DNA of 62,287 nt, filler included, from Rhabdomonas costata (taxonomy: Eukaryota), in assembly GCA_019059605.1 (NCBI GenBank). It is 13 parts of 13 records of this genome, joined end to end, with 100 filler letters (N's around TTAATTAATTAA, not from the genome) between each part and the next. Parts side by side here need not be neighbours in the genome. Positions count along the whole stretch, not along the records: positions 1 to 4,733 come from JAHMHO010000168.1; positions 4,834 to 9,566 come from JAHMHO010000169.1; positions 9,667 to 14,349 come from JAHMHO010000170.1; 10 more parts are not named here. One strand, given 5' to 3'. Positions 1-12,181 of the stretch are shown here, piece after piece. Position numbers and translations under genes: made by a program. The notes below the pieces were generated by a model. The model did no database searches, was not told the origin of the DNA, and was given only the letters and a program-made list of their open reading frames with translations. Position 1 is the first letter of the stretch. The number at the start of each line of letters is the position of its first letter.

Positions 1-1195
1 GGTTTTGGTGCAATATTTTTAGTATTTTTCCTCGTGGAATTGGTACCTCAACTTTGGATGAACCATCAGAGCTGCAAGTGCAGCCCAATTTTCCGACCCA
101 AATCTCTGGGGATCATTCAGAACATCGGCAAGATTCATTCATGGTACACTGCTGGCCTTTTGAGGGAATGAAAAAAGATAACAGAATGAAAACCCACTCT
201 TGGATGTCTCAGCATTAAATCAGACTTTTACGCCCTGCCCCGACACCCACGGCTGATGAGTGCCGGTACTTTTACGTTACCAAAGTACATCTAAACAAAA
301 ATAAAAAGACTTGCACTCAACGAAAGTAGTCAAGGCGGGAAAATGTTTCAACCAGCCTACAAGCCCTAAGACACATCAGCACACGTCAGGCACGCGTGTG
401 AAAGATGTTCCATCGGCACAGGCGGCAGCAACAGTGCAAGTAGCCCAAGCATCGGCAGCAACGAAGGCACCCAGCGGCATCTGCATCCCTCCAACAACCT
501 CATGTTTCATCCTTTCCTCATGTTTTCGCTCGGGTGCAGCAGACAAAAAGCATCTGCCTTCTGTGTTGTGCGGACGAGGATCGGGATTTGGGAAAGATGC
601 AAACGCCAAAAGCACACCACATCACGCCACATCACAACCCAACGTGACACCAAGCGTGGAACAAGCGACATGCCTGGGGAAGGCTGGCAGCACTGCCAAA
701 CGAGCTCCCGGGGTACCCTCCTCCGCCCCATGCGGGAACAAGGCCGTCCCAGAAGCGCCCCCAGTGAGATCCTGGGACCAAAAAACAAATTAATACGTAT
801 ATATGTATTAATATATACGTATTACGTATTACGTGTATGTATTAATACATGTATTAATTAATTTAGTAATTTTGTAATTTAGTAATTAATACAAACTGCA
901 AAAAATAAAACATAGACAACCCTTGCTATGCATACTGCCGACATAGAACAACTTCTTCACTTCGAAGAAAAAAGGGGATGGTATCATGTCCTCCACTTTC
1001 ACACTTTGATAAATAGCACATTGTCATGGATAGATCAATATTCCCGGAAGGAAGATCATGCGAGACAGGTGTGCGACAACTCAAGGACCTCAGAAACCCA
1101 AGAACTTCAACGGATGCGGGCATTGGCGGAATTTGCTGGACATCGGCTGTACCAGAGGTCATGTCCAGCAAACCAGTCTTCAAGAAACCAGAGGT

Positions 1196-4193
1196 TCAGG
1201 TTGTGAGGGGAGAAACCTCGGACGCCCCACTGCAGGAGTGATCAGTCACCGCCCCAGCCATGGCGCGCAGCTTGGAGCGCAGGGCCGGATGGGCCAGCAG
1301 GGCGGCGGTGTCCGGACGCGCCGCAGTGTCCGTGGTCAGGCACCACGACAGCACCTCAGAGAGAGCCGGGGTGTACCGCGCGCTGATCTGCGGGTACTGC
1401 CCGTGAATGATCTTCATGATCAGTGCAGCCTGTCCATAAACCCACAGAGAAAGAGAAGAAGAGAGAGATGGACGAGTGGGAGTGATCACACCAAACCCGT
1501 GGCTTTGCCCCTTTCAAAGACGAGATTCGCTATGAGATTGCGGAGAAGAAAGAGGGAAGGACTTTTGTGTGGTCTTCCATAGAATTTCATGAGCAGCAAG
1601 GTGGCCACCCCCCAGCACACATATATGGTGTGTAAAGCGAGACTACAGCATAAGCGCTGCGGGTGCTAGACCCGTCTTACCCATCCGAAGGCATGTGGGA
1701 CAGATGTTCGATCTGGAATTCAGATGGCCTGGCAGAGAAGATCTGCTGCGAACGGAACTAAAGCAGGGTGGGAGCGACGTCTTGAGCTTCCAAAAAAACG
1801 CACTTCATCGCGAAAGGCGAGCAGGAGGGGGGGGGGCGCAGCTAGTGCCTGGCAGGACGCGTCAAAAGGGTGCCTCAAGCTGCACAGCTCGTACAGCACA
1901 ACCCCCAGTGACCACACGTCAGACTTCGCCCCGTACGGCCTTTGGGGAGGGGGGGGGGGTAGCCCCCAAAACAGTACAGGCGGTTGCACCTTCACGAACT
2001 CACGGCACAAGGCTCACACATACATTTGCGCCGAGACGAACATGTCGGGGCTCAAGGCTTTGACACTCCTATGCCCGGCTTTGCGTTTGAGTCAAAACAG
2101 AGAAGGTCAGTAGAATAGAGAGGGTTGGGAGGGTTGTGGGTATTGGTGAGGATGGAAACCTGTTGAGGCAGATCTCTGGAGAGAGATAATATCTGAGCGA
2201 GCAAGAACAGACAACTAAGCGAATCTCATGTCATGCCAGAGATTTATGCACGCACTATTGCGCAATGGTTACATGTTTTCATACACCATAGCCTTGTGTG
2301 GAAAGTGAAAGCCACGGGGAGTAGTTGGCAACTTATAATCGTTGGTATCAGAAAACCTTCTACTAACAATCACATTCTGATGTAATGTAGTAAATGACAC
2401 CGCCCCTTCTGGTGCGAAGACTTGGGCTTTCCAATCACTGCGTCAAATGTCCCAGACGGGTTACCGGAAGCACCTGTGATCTCGGGTGACGGCGCTCCAT
2501 GGCCAGAGACAACGTGAACAAAACTCCGTTATGATGTGCAGGAACACGTGAAACCCCCATGCAAAAATTGGATCTGTCACTCAATTCAAACCTTCCACTG
2601 CGTGGGAATGTAAAACAGGAACCACTCGCTGCTCGTTAAGCGTGCACAGCGATCGTCGAGCACTGAATAATGAGGCGGGGGGGAGGGGGGCGAAGCCTTA
2701 CTACTCACTACTTCTATTTTAGATATATGTTGGTCTTTTGCACTGAAATGTGTTGAGCGCACAGCTCGACGGTGTGTCTTTTTGTGGGAGTGAGGCATCA
2801 CACACACAGGGTTAACACGCGTTTATGAAGGGTGCAGCCACGCACGGGGTGCCAATGCACGTCGTGGCCAGGTCCGCGCGGCACAGCAGGTGCTTGGCCA
2901 CCCCAANNNNNNNNNNNNNNNNNNNNNNNNNNNNNNNNNNNNNNNNNNNNNNNNNNNNNNNNNNNNNNNNNNNNNNNNNNNNNNNNNNNNGTGGCCAGGT
3001 CCGCGCGGCACAGCAGGTGCTTGGCCACCCCAAAGTCCCCCAGCTTCACCACGCTGGCACCCTCTCCAGCACCGCCTCCACCTCCACTTCCGCTGCCAGG
3101 GCTGCTGGGGCTAGCCAGGAACACATTGGCACTCTTGATGTCACGGTGCAGCACCCCCGCCTGGTGGACGTGGTGCAGGGCCAGGGTGAGCTGGGCAAAG
3201 ATCTGCCAGATCTCGACCTCCTGATGGAAGACATCAGGGGCTACGGAGGAGTTTCATTGGTCCCACCGGAGCAGAACTTGTCATCCACGAAAAAACTGAC
3301 TCAGGCTTGGGCTAGTTCGGGCTGACTCAGGCTTGGTTCCACTTTCCCTTCCACTTTCTTCCATCAAAATTCTAATTTGAAGTGCAAGCGTTCAGGCGAA
3401 TGGCGAACAACACGCCGCGGTGGAAGACCAATACAAAGCAGACCAGCGAAGCAGAGAAACCACTGAAGTGGTCCTATCTCCATGCCCTCGAGAAGGTACC
3501 GCGCGCCAATCCAAGGGGCAAGGCAGGCCCTAGGGCCAGGAAGGGAATCATTCACGACCGGGCGGGAAACGTTCTTTTTTAACCGCAGGACGGGGTTTTT
3601 ATTCATTTGGTTGGGGGCACAGCCCTGTGCTGTATTCATCATGCTTAAGAATGGCACGATGCACGAAGAAGCACCACACAAAACCGAGCAACCAAAACGC
3701 ATCAAACCAGCAAGCAGCCCCCGGAAAAAACCCACTCCGCAGGAAAAAGAAAACGTCGAGACAGAGACAAAAACCTCCAAGGGCTGGCTTCGGTCCTTAG
3801 CCTGCTGCACCCGATCAAAAAGAGATCCCCGGTCAGCATACTCCCTGCCCGAAAGTAAGGAGAAAGGAAAGCTACAACAGCAATCGTCTTCCGCAATGCA
3901 CGTTGAAAAATGACACGCTGCAATGCCAAATCGAAAATTTCCTGGTTCCCAACGATCTTTGATCGTTCAAAATGAGAGGAACGTGAGAAGTACTCCGCAT
4001 CTTGCCCACCCTTTCCAGAAAACGCTGCGGGGGGCGGGGTCGTATACATCACAATATTCAGCCTCTCTCCGGCAAGGTCCACGAAGGAACCCAGGTGCGC
4101 AACCACGTTGGGGTGCCGCGGCAGCCCAGCCAGCACCCGCACCTCATTGGCCGCCTCGCTCCGCTGCTTGGGGTTCAGCCCGCTGAGGTCCAC
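1196..4193 (-). CDS. NIMA-related (NEK) Ser/Thr kinase, multi-exon, 5'-partial
   Basis: Exons 4193-4048, 3844-3775, 3220-2846 (spans an N gap with duplicated flanks), 2192-2160, 1939-1849, 1429-~1217/1196 splice in frame to EAANEVRVL..HPNVV..IVM/EYADRGSL..HRDIKSANVFL..KLGDFGVAK..TCIGTP/YYLSPE..KSDVWSLGVVLYELC..HPFDASCQ/AALIMKIIHGQY. Four GT-AG introns and one GC-AG. Subdomains I-II not found in the contig; 3' end uncertain. Confidence 0.93.
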
Positions 4194-4733
4194 CTGCGCA
4201 AAACCAGGAGTTTATTGGGCATTGGTCGAAGGCCAGAAAAACCCTGCATGCCTAAAGTCTGAAAGCCCAAATCTTGTTTTGTTTCGACAGCCTTCCTTTT
4301 CCTTCCCTTTCTTCTGGAAAAGTCTTCCAACGGGAGAGTTTCTCCTCGGAGTCTCTTGGTGGGGGCCAAAATGCACCAAAATGCGCAGAAGTCGTGTGCG
4401 CGTGTGCGACGGTGTGTGAATCTGTGTTTTAGTTAGTGAGCGAATTTGTGTTCGGCGCTAAAAAGGGCCGTCACCTCCCCCCCTTCCCCCCCAGAAAACT
4501 GTGAATTTGAAGCGGGTCGATCCCAGTCAAAGAAGGCAGATAAAACAGGCATGGTGAAGTGTAGGGGGGGGGGGAGTTCCGTATAACGCATATAACGCCG
4601 TTATACGTGTATAACGGTGATTTACATATAACACATAACGGTGATATACATATAACACCGTTATACGTAAATCAGCGTTATACACTAAGCTCTGAAAAGT
4701 CCCAGGGGACACGCCTATCGCAAACCAACCCCC

Positions 4734-4833
4734 NNNNNNNNNNNNNNNNNNNNNNNNNNNNNNNNNNNNNNNNNNNNTTAATTAATTAANNNNNNNNNNN
4801 NNNNNNNNNNNNNNNNNNNNNNNNNNNNNNNNN
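4734..4833. other. Artificial contig-joining spacer (N run + TTAATTAATTAA + N run), first of 12
   Basis: Identical 12-mer within N runs at 4778, 9611, 14394, 19182, 23967, 28792, 33575, 38477, 43239, 48002, 52764 and 57577; it gives stops in all six frames. Confidence 0.98.
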
Positions 4834-7800
4834 TCGGTGTACGTGCTGGGACAAGTGAGCACAACCATGTCCACGGTACCCTTGACGGCCTACGCAGGGC
4901 AAGTTGTATACCTTTGGTTTATGGGCTCGGGGCTTCAGAGTGGGGACCAAGTGAAGATTGTTTCTGGGGACTGCAACACTGGCACCCTGGTACAGACGGT
5001 CGGCCCGAATCCCTCGAATGTCTCCGTAGGAGGCTCTGCTTCGATTTACTTCCCGATGACCGTCAGTTCTCCGGGAAACTACACGGTATGTTACCAGGTC
5101 TTTCGTACCACCACCTGGACCACAATGACCAACTCCTTGACCGTGCAGACCGTCCCCACTGGGTACATCTACAATCTAATTCAGAAATGGAACAGTACCA
5201 CCATCTACCTCAATGGGAACGCGGCGAGTCAGATGATTCTGGTTCGAGGGCTGAAGTACTTTTTGTCGGTGTACAGCAGCTCCTACGACCCCTTCTATGT
5301 GAAGAGTGCACTGGGTGCCAATGATCAAGTCTCCTACAGCAATGGAGTGGTGAACAACGGAGCGGCAAACGGGGCAATTCAGTTCCAGGTCCCCAGCGAT
5401 GCACCCAACCTGCTCTATCTCCAGAGTGGTCTCAACCCTGCACTATATGTGCAACTTCTGATTGTCTCAGCAGACATTCAGCTGTCGTATACCCATGGTG
5501 TGTTCGTTCTGGTCCGAGGGCTGCGGTACTCGTTGGCAATGGGCATTTCCGGGATGACGGGATCCTCGCTGGCGATCAGGACGTCTGTGGGCTCCGATGG
5601 GACAACCTTCACTCAAGGAGTTCAAGGCACCGGTTCGGATCAGCTCCTTTTCACGCCTGACAGCCTATCTCCGAGTGTGCTGTACTTCCAGTCTCTTGCC
5701 CATCCGGAGCTTTGGCACACGCTCTATGTGACAGACTCTGTTCTTCGGTCAGAGACGGATTGTCTGTACACAATTGGAGGGCAAGTGAACCCCTTGGTTT
5801 ACGTGGTTCGAGGGCAATCCTATGCACTGTACAGTCCCGCGGGTTGTCCCATGGGAATCACCGCGTACAACAGCACTTCCATTTCGTATCTGCTGAGTGG
5901 AACGATCACTAACAACGGGATTTCCGGCGGATGGATCATCATGAACATCAGTGGGTGGTGGCCGAATGTTTTGTACTACCAGAACACCAACTCGCCTTAC
6001 CAGAAGGGAGTCATCCAGATTTACGAGCGAGTTTTCAACGTCACCACCGCTGGTGGGTCGTGCCAGCTGGATGGCTATGGCACGCAGACCTTGGTGAGGG
6101 GTCAGGCGTACATCTTCAGCCTTGGTGGAAGTAACCTGGTCATACCATTCTACATCAAGAGCCAACTAGCCGCTGGCAGTGCGGGGAGTTACAGTATGGG
6201 AGTGACCAACAACGGGGCATCCTCGGGGAACATCTACTTCACTGTGCCCTTCAGTGCCCCCAGTGGGCTGTATTTCCAGTGCGGTACCGTGCAGACATTG
6301 TATGATGTGCTGAACATCGTTGACGGACAGTTTGTGATTACGGGGTACAGCAGCAGCAGCTTGTCCATTGACAACGTATGTGGAACCACGCTGGCTGTGC
6401 AGCGAGGGAAGACATATGCCTGGAGTCTGCCTCAGAGTGGGCTGACATCTGCAGTATGGCTCTGCTCTGGATCGGACGGTTCGGGGCACCTGGGACTTTC
6501 CGATGGGGTGACCAACAATGGGGCGACTTCGGGGCCCATACTTTACTCCGTTCCTTCGAGTACGACGACCTCGATGATCTACTACCGAGTGCAAGGCAAC
6601 AGCCAGGCGGGAGGAAGCATCATGATTGTGGACCAACTTTTCGACGTGACATGGGGAGATGGGCAGAACTATGTGATCAACGGGCAGTTCGATCCCGCGA
6701 TGACCATTCTGCGGGGAACCACGGCGGCGTTTCGGCTTTACCCCGGGCTCTCGAGCTACCCGATGTACCTGCAAACCGCGGCAGGCCTGGATCAAAACTT
6801 ACGATATTTCGCCAATGTCACGGGAAACGGAGTGAGCTGCGGATACATTCTCCTGCAGACCACCGCCACCACGCCGAGCTCACTGTACTACCAAGCATCG
6901 ACCTTCGTGGGAATGTCGGGAGTGATTTCGCTTCAAGAGCCTGTGCGGATTTTCCAGCCGGCGGCGACGACGTTGTCCTGCGACGCGTTGGTCAATCCAG
7001 GAGGCACGGTGAACTGTCAACTGAGAACCTGGTGTGCGTGCGGCTTCCTGCGCGTCATGGTTGTGCGTTGGGTGGGCCTTGAAAGCTGCGGTGCGGTATG
7101 AGGGTGATTGAGGGGAGCTCTCGCACACGCAACAANNNNNNNNNNNNNNNNNNNNNNNNNNNNNNNNNNNNNNNNNNNNNNNNNNNNNNNNNNNNNNNNN
7201 NNNNNNNNNNNNNNNNNNNNNNNNNNNNNNNNNNNNNNNNGGAGCTCTCGCACACGCACACATGGTCTCTCGCTATGTCTCTGCTCTTATTTCCTGCAGG
7301 GATACCACGGGGACCTTTTACATTCCTTCTTGCTGCTCATGCGCTGCTCCCACCAATGAGATTTGCTTCACGCTTTCGGGTCAGTTCACCGGGCAGCTGA
7401 CGATGCAGGTCCCCCCTTTATTTACTGTACATTGTTCAGACTAATGCCGACGGTGTGGGTGCACCTGCGTGGCGTCGTCTGGGTGGTCTTCCGCCTGCCA
7501 GAGGTGATAGAAAATCTGCGCCTTGGGAATGCTTACGTCGTTCACAGCCCAGAGCCAGCTTTTAGCCGCACAGTTTGAAAAGTGAACCAGATTACCAGTG
7601 CGTGAGACACGCGTGGATTTCTTGTTGAGTTCCGTGATACTTGTGTTCCAACTGCGAATAACCGCCTTCTCGGTTGCTGTGTGTTTCTCAGCAAATGGGA
7701 TCCTATCTCGCGGTGACGTTTCCGTTTACCTTCATGGCTGCGGGGGTGGCAAAGATAACGGTCACCAGCGCAGCCTCCGCGGCGGGCCCCTCACAAAACG

Positions 7801-9566
7801 TCACGGTCTCTGTCCAGGTCAACAGTACCATCAGTGCTGGCCCCATCGATCCGTCGATGACTACCATCGCTTGCGTACCCAATGTGACAAACCCCAACAC
7901 CCACTTCATTTGCACCGTCACCACGCGGTATGGACGCGCAGAAGGGGAGGGAGCCGCGTGCGGGTGATGTATATGCAGTGGTTCTGCCTGAGCTCTGAAT
8001 GAACGCCGCTCTTCCGGAGGGAGGCAGGGAGAAAGGGTGGGGGGTGTCTGTGTCCACTGTGCTTCTGAGGGGTGGTACTGCAGTGCTGCATTCTCACTTT
8101 TTGTTTTCTGCTGAAAAAGAGGAAAATAGGTCTTTGTCCTCGGGACCGCTCTGTATCCTGTGGAACTAATTTTTTTAATCATTTCTTGAAGTCTGTGGTT
8201 CTTTTGTGCTGATCCCAGGAACAAATGTGTGTCATCGTCGACCGAACCGTGAAGGCAACCCTCCAGCGTGGCTTCCCTGCACATCTGTAGGATGGAGGCT
8301 TTGGAGCCCATGACAGAGAAAATAACTGGTGGTCACTGTAAATCCCTAGGAATACATGCGTGTGTCGGCCAAATGCATCTCGGATTAACTTTGCCACGCA
8401 ACACTGCAGGCACGCAATACAACGTTGACTGAAATCACCAAATTACTGAATTGCCATTGGTTGGTGAGGCACTGGACCAGATTGCGCTATCCTGATTCTT
8501 GCCTTTCAGCACGTCCACCGGGGTGCCCTGTGCATGTTCCTCCATCTCGGACTTCACCTACAACATTATCCAGAGCAACACTGTTCCTGATGCCTCGTGG
8601 CTGACGGTATCGGGGCACAATAGAACCAGACAAGAATAATATGCCGTTTGTTCATAAACCTCAAGGGGGCTGAGCAGGACAAGGGGAGGATTTACTCCCG
8701 CTTCGCCAGAACCACTTCTATTCCGGAGCCTTGAACTTTGATTCCGCTTTCTTTTGTGGCCTCTGTGTGTTTGGAGTCGAGAGAAGCCACACCAGCGAAG
8801 CGTACCTGCATATTCTACTGTACGTGCTTCTCTGTCTGCCCTCATGGAGGGTATATTACCCCGTTCTTGACTCATCCTCTGGTCACGTTTTTTTTCACAG
8901 GCCACCCAGACAGGAATGACCCTCTCGGCCACAGCCGCTCAGCCCTCTTCCACCCAGTCATGGGTCGCTGGCTTCAATGTCATCCACAAAACCTCCCAGG
9001 CCAGCAAGACGGGGCTGGTCATTCTCACCGGATCGGTCTCTGCGACGGCGACCATCCTGACCGCTCCCATTTATGTCGGGGACATCGCCACCATTGTTTT
9101 CAGTGGGCAGGGCTTGCGATTCCAAAATGTGTACGGCGGCTACGAGGACACTGTGCGGATCGTAGTCGGGGCGAATGCAGACTGCACCTCCGGCACCACG
9201 GCGGCCGTGACCCTTGGGACCAACCCAGGCCCCTCCCAGAACATGGTGCCGTACTGCTCTCAGACGGCGCCCGTGCAGCAGTGCGCGGCCGTGCAGTACA
9301 CATTCCCGAGCGCCGGGCAGTACACGATATGCTACACGCTGGCCCTTGTGGGCACGACGCGGATGAGCAACACGCTGACCGTGGTTGGGTTTGACCCATC
9401 GCGGAGCCAGTACACTTGCTCCCCCTCCACTGCTGTAGCGATTGGTTCTACCTGGACCTGCACCTTGCTTACCTTTGACACGGCTGGCAACCCCTGCAGC
9501 TGCCTTGCTTCAGGGGACATGTCGGTACGGTTGTACCAGGATGCCACCACGATTCTCGGCCTGACT
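4834..9566 (+). CDS. Very large extracellular/surface repeat protein (Ig-like modules plus six cupredoxin-like repeats), partial at both ends
   Basis: Exons <4834-7031, 7300-7408, 7692-7928, ~8510-8606, 8901->9566 join in frame by GT-AG. Two modules G.GL...D.V+IV...C...G.Y.+CY, three (DP)S.TT+.C...C.+.T modules and six ~95-aa repeats (LVRG..Y.F..PFY+..GVTNNGA..G.I.F.VP..AP..LYYQ). Confidence 0.85.
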
Positions 9567-9932
9567 NNNNNNNNNNNNNNNNNNNNNNNNNNNNNNNNNN
9601 NNNNNNNNNNTTAATTAATTAANNNNNNNNNNNNNNNNNNNNNNNNNNNNNNNNNNNNNNNNNNNNGGAGATATGGGGGTGGGAGCAGGGTCCGGATGCG
9701 GGGAAAGGCTCACGGTGAGGCTGAGCATCACGTTGGGTAGGCTGTAGAACATTGATCAAGGCAAATTAGACGCTCGCATCGTGCTAAAAACACAATTTTT
9801 CGTCAGCATCGCAAAAAAAACGGAAAATATTTTCATCAATGGCTGGTTGAAACCACAACATGGGACCGACACAACAAGGGCATGATGGAAAGCATCGGCA
9901 TGTAACAAAGAGCGCAGGAAGTACCATAAGAA

Positions 9933-11929
9933 CTAGCAGGACGAGCTCATCCACGCCCAATTCGCCGGACACGTTCCCGAGGAGGGGCCTCTCGAGGTTC
10001 CAGTACTGCACGTCAAGGAGGAGCGGCACCACCCGCAACTGCTAGCCGCCGTGCATGAGGTACATGTGGTATAGCTGGAACATTGATCCGCTTTGGAAAA
10101 AGCAAAGGCACAGCAAATTTCGAATCTAAGTTGACCGTCGACCATCACAGTTATTGAAATTCTCTCCTATTAATGAAGGGACGCGGGGTTATCTCTAACG
10201 CATTCTAATGTTTTTCAGTGGGTGGGCTGGGGTAGGTGAATGTTTTCCCTATACTCGGCATCAAATGTTATAGCAAACGCTATTATTAACGCTTCTTAAA
10301 TGATGATTTAAACGTTTCTTTTTCACGTTCTGTTATATTTTGCGCGTGCAAAGTAAAAAACGCCGCCTTTTTCTGAGCAAAAAAGACCTAAGAAGGCCTA
10401 CCTCACCAACACATCGAAAGTTATTTACTCTAAAAGAGGAGGCAAAAAGAAACCTGTCGTTTTTGTCCAGCTGCCTGAATTTGGACAGTATAGTTGTTCC
10501 TCCCCCATACTTTTTTAGTGTGGTGAGTAGCCGATGGGGTGAGGGTTACGACGACTTATTTAAGTTTGAATTTGAGGTGCAGCTACATAGCAGCGATTTA
10601 GAATTCTGAAATGACCCATGACATATATCAATGACTCGGTAACCTTTTTCCCTGTGCTTGGTGTATTGCTTCCACTTTCCTATTCAAAAAAGGATAAATG
10701 GCATCAGGGTAAGGGGCGCGAGGCGCAGGAATGAGCTCAACAGCAACAAAAGCACTGAATCAAAGCCAAAGCATTTATGTGAAAGCAAATGAGTTGCCTG
10801 AACCGAACAAAATACGGCACATCTGCATTTTTCCATCGATTCCACCCGTGTGGAAAAGCGCAGCATCGAAGTAGGGCGACCTCCACCATCTTTATCTTTG
10901 GGTCAACAGAGAAGGGCCAAAGTGTGGCCTGGAAGAAAAACCTGAAGCTGGGCACGACGAGCGCACCCAGGCCCAACCCGAAGAGCACGTTCCCCCCGAG
11001 GAGGGTCCAACCGAGGTCCCAGTCTTGCAGGTCGAGGTCGAGCCGCACCACCCACAGCTGTTCGCCGACGAGCATGACGTGCAGGAGGTGTAGCTCGAGC
11101 ACGGGTCCACTTCGAGAAGAAACGGAAGAATAAGATATCCGAGTTGGGGTTGACATAATAAAAAAAGACAATTTTAAAGTTATACGAAATAAATTTTCGT
11201 CGTCATCCACGATGGCGAGAAACTCTTTTTGAACAACTATTTTTCTCAAAGAAATGGCAACAATGACCTGAATGCCAAATACTTTACGCTTTATGGGCTC
11301 TGGCAAGCTTTCAGTTCATAATGTTTAGCACTCCTGAAAACTCTAAAGGGTTCAAATGCGTCTGCATCAAAATAAATTGCCTAGAGATGCACTGACCTTG
11401 AAAAGACACCTTTTGGAGGTTTGCGAGCGTGAGTAGTGAGCTGGAGGTGTCCTTTCTGGTGAGAGAGAAAGAAACCTGGCCGGCACCGCAGCTGGCGGCC
11501 TGGCGGAGGGAATGGTGTGCAGAGCTGTAAGCTTACAGTGTAGCTTACAGCTCTTTCTCGAATCCCCCGAAAAGGCTAGCATGCGTCCAGTCGAAGAGGC
11601 ACTCGGTATAGACGAGGAACTGGAGGCGATGTGATCGACTCAAAGTACCGCCCCCCCGCCCCCGACAAAGACCAGAGGTGACCCGTTTCCGCATTCGATA
11701 ATTGCACTTTTGACCCCTGATCCGACCTGGCGCGGGTTAGGAGACTTCTCAAGCCACTTAGTTTTGCATGTTTGCATGTTGTGCCAGTCATGGGGGGCGA
11801 CTCGAGAAAAGCGATGCGCACCCGTGCAGCAGTCCGACTGAGCGCAGGTCTGCGATGCGCAGGTGGTAGTAGAGGCCTTCCTGATGTATCCGCTTGGGCA
11901 GGAGTACGCGGTGCCACATTTTGGTTTCC
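9933..11929 (-). CDS. Cys-rich extracellular protein with two PSI (plexin/semaphorin/integrin)-like domains, 3' part
   Basis: Phase-1 exons 11929-11822 (KPKCGTAYSCPSGY..C..TC..SDCC), 11109-10942 (CSSYTSCTSC..SCGWC..C..GP..C..WAW..SSC) and 10090-9933 (second PSI copy, TAG stop); all GT-AG. Confidence 0.8.
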
Positions 11930-12181
11930 CTGTGCGCATTTGCGTGTCAGCGTGTTTATGTGAGCTCATGGGCAGGTTCAAAAGACCAGAGAAAGTGAAT
12001 CAGTCGAACAAGCCCAGGCAAAGCTCTCCAAGAGTGAAGGAGACAGATAATGTTGGCAGCGGCGGGAGAGAAGAGGTGGACACCGCCTCCTCAAAAAGCA
12101 CAATGCCTGCAGCTGTGCTTTAATCCGAATGTGTATAGGCAGACAGCCAGACCAGGGCAAAACAGCAGCCCCCACCCCCAC

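Noticed and set aside
788-890. AT-rich quasi-palindromic tract (similar one at ~4580-4685)
   Set aside because: Low-complexity sequence with no consistent unit or recognisable element.
2863-3030. Apparent duplicated kinase exon segment
   Set aside because: Identical sequence on both sides of an N gap; an unmerged scaffold overlap.
10276-10345. AACGCTATTATTA resembling the kinetoplastid spliced-leader start, with a nearby TGATGA..CTGA C/D-box-like pair
   Set aside because: Only a 13-nt match in an AT-rich intron; the rest of the leader and its donor are absent, and no rRNA-antisense guide was recognised.
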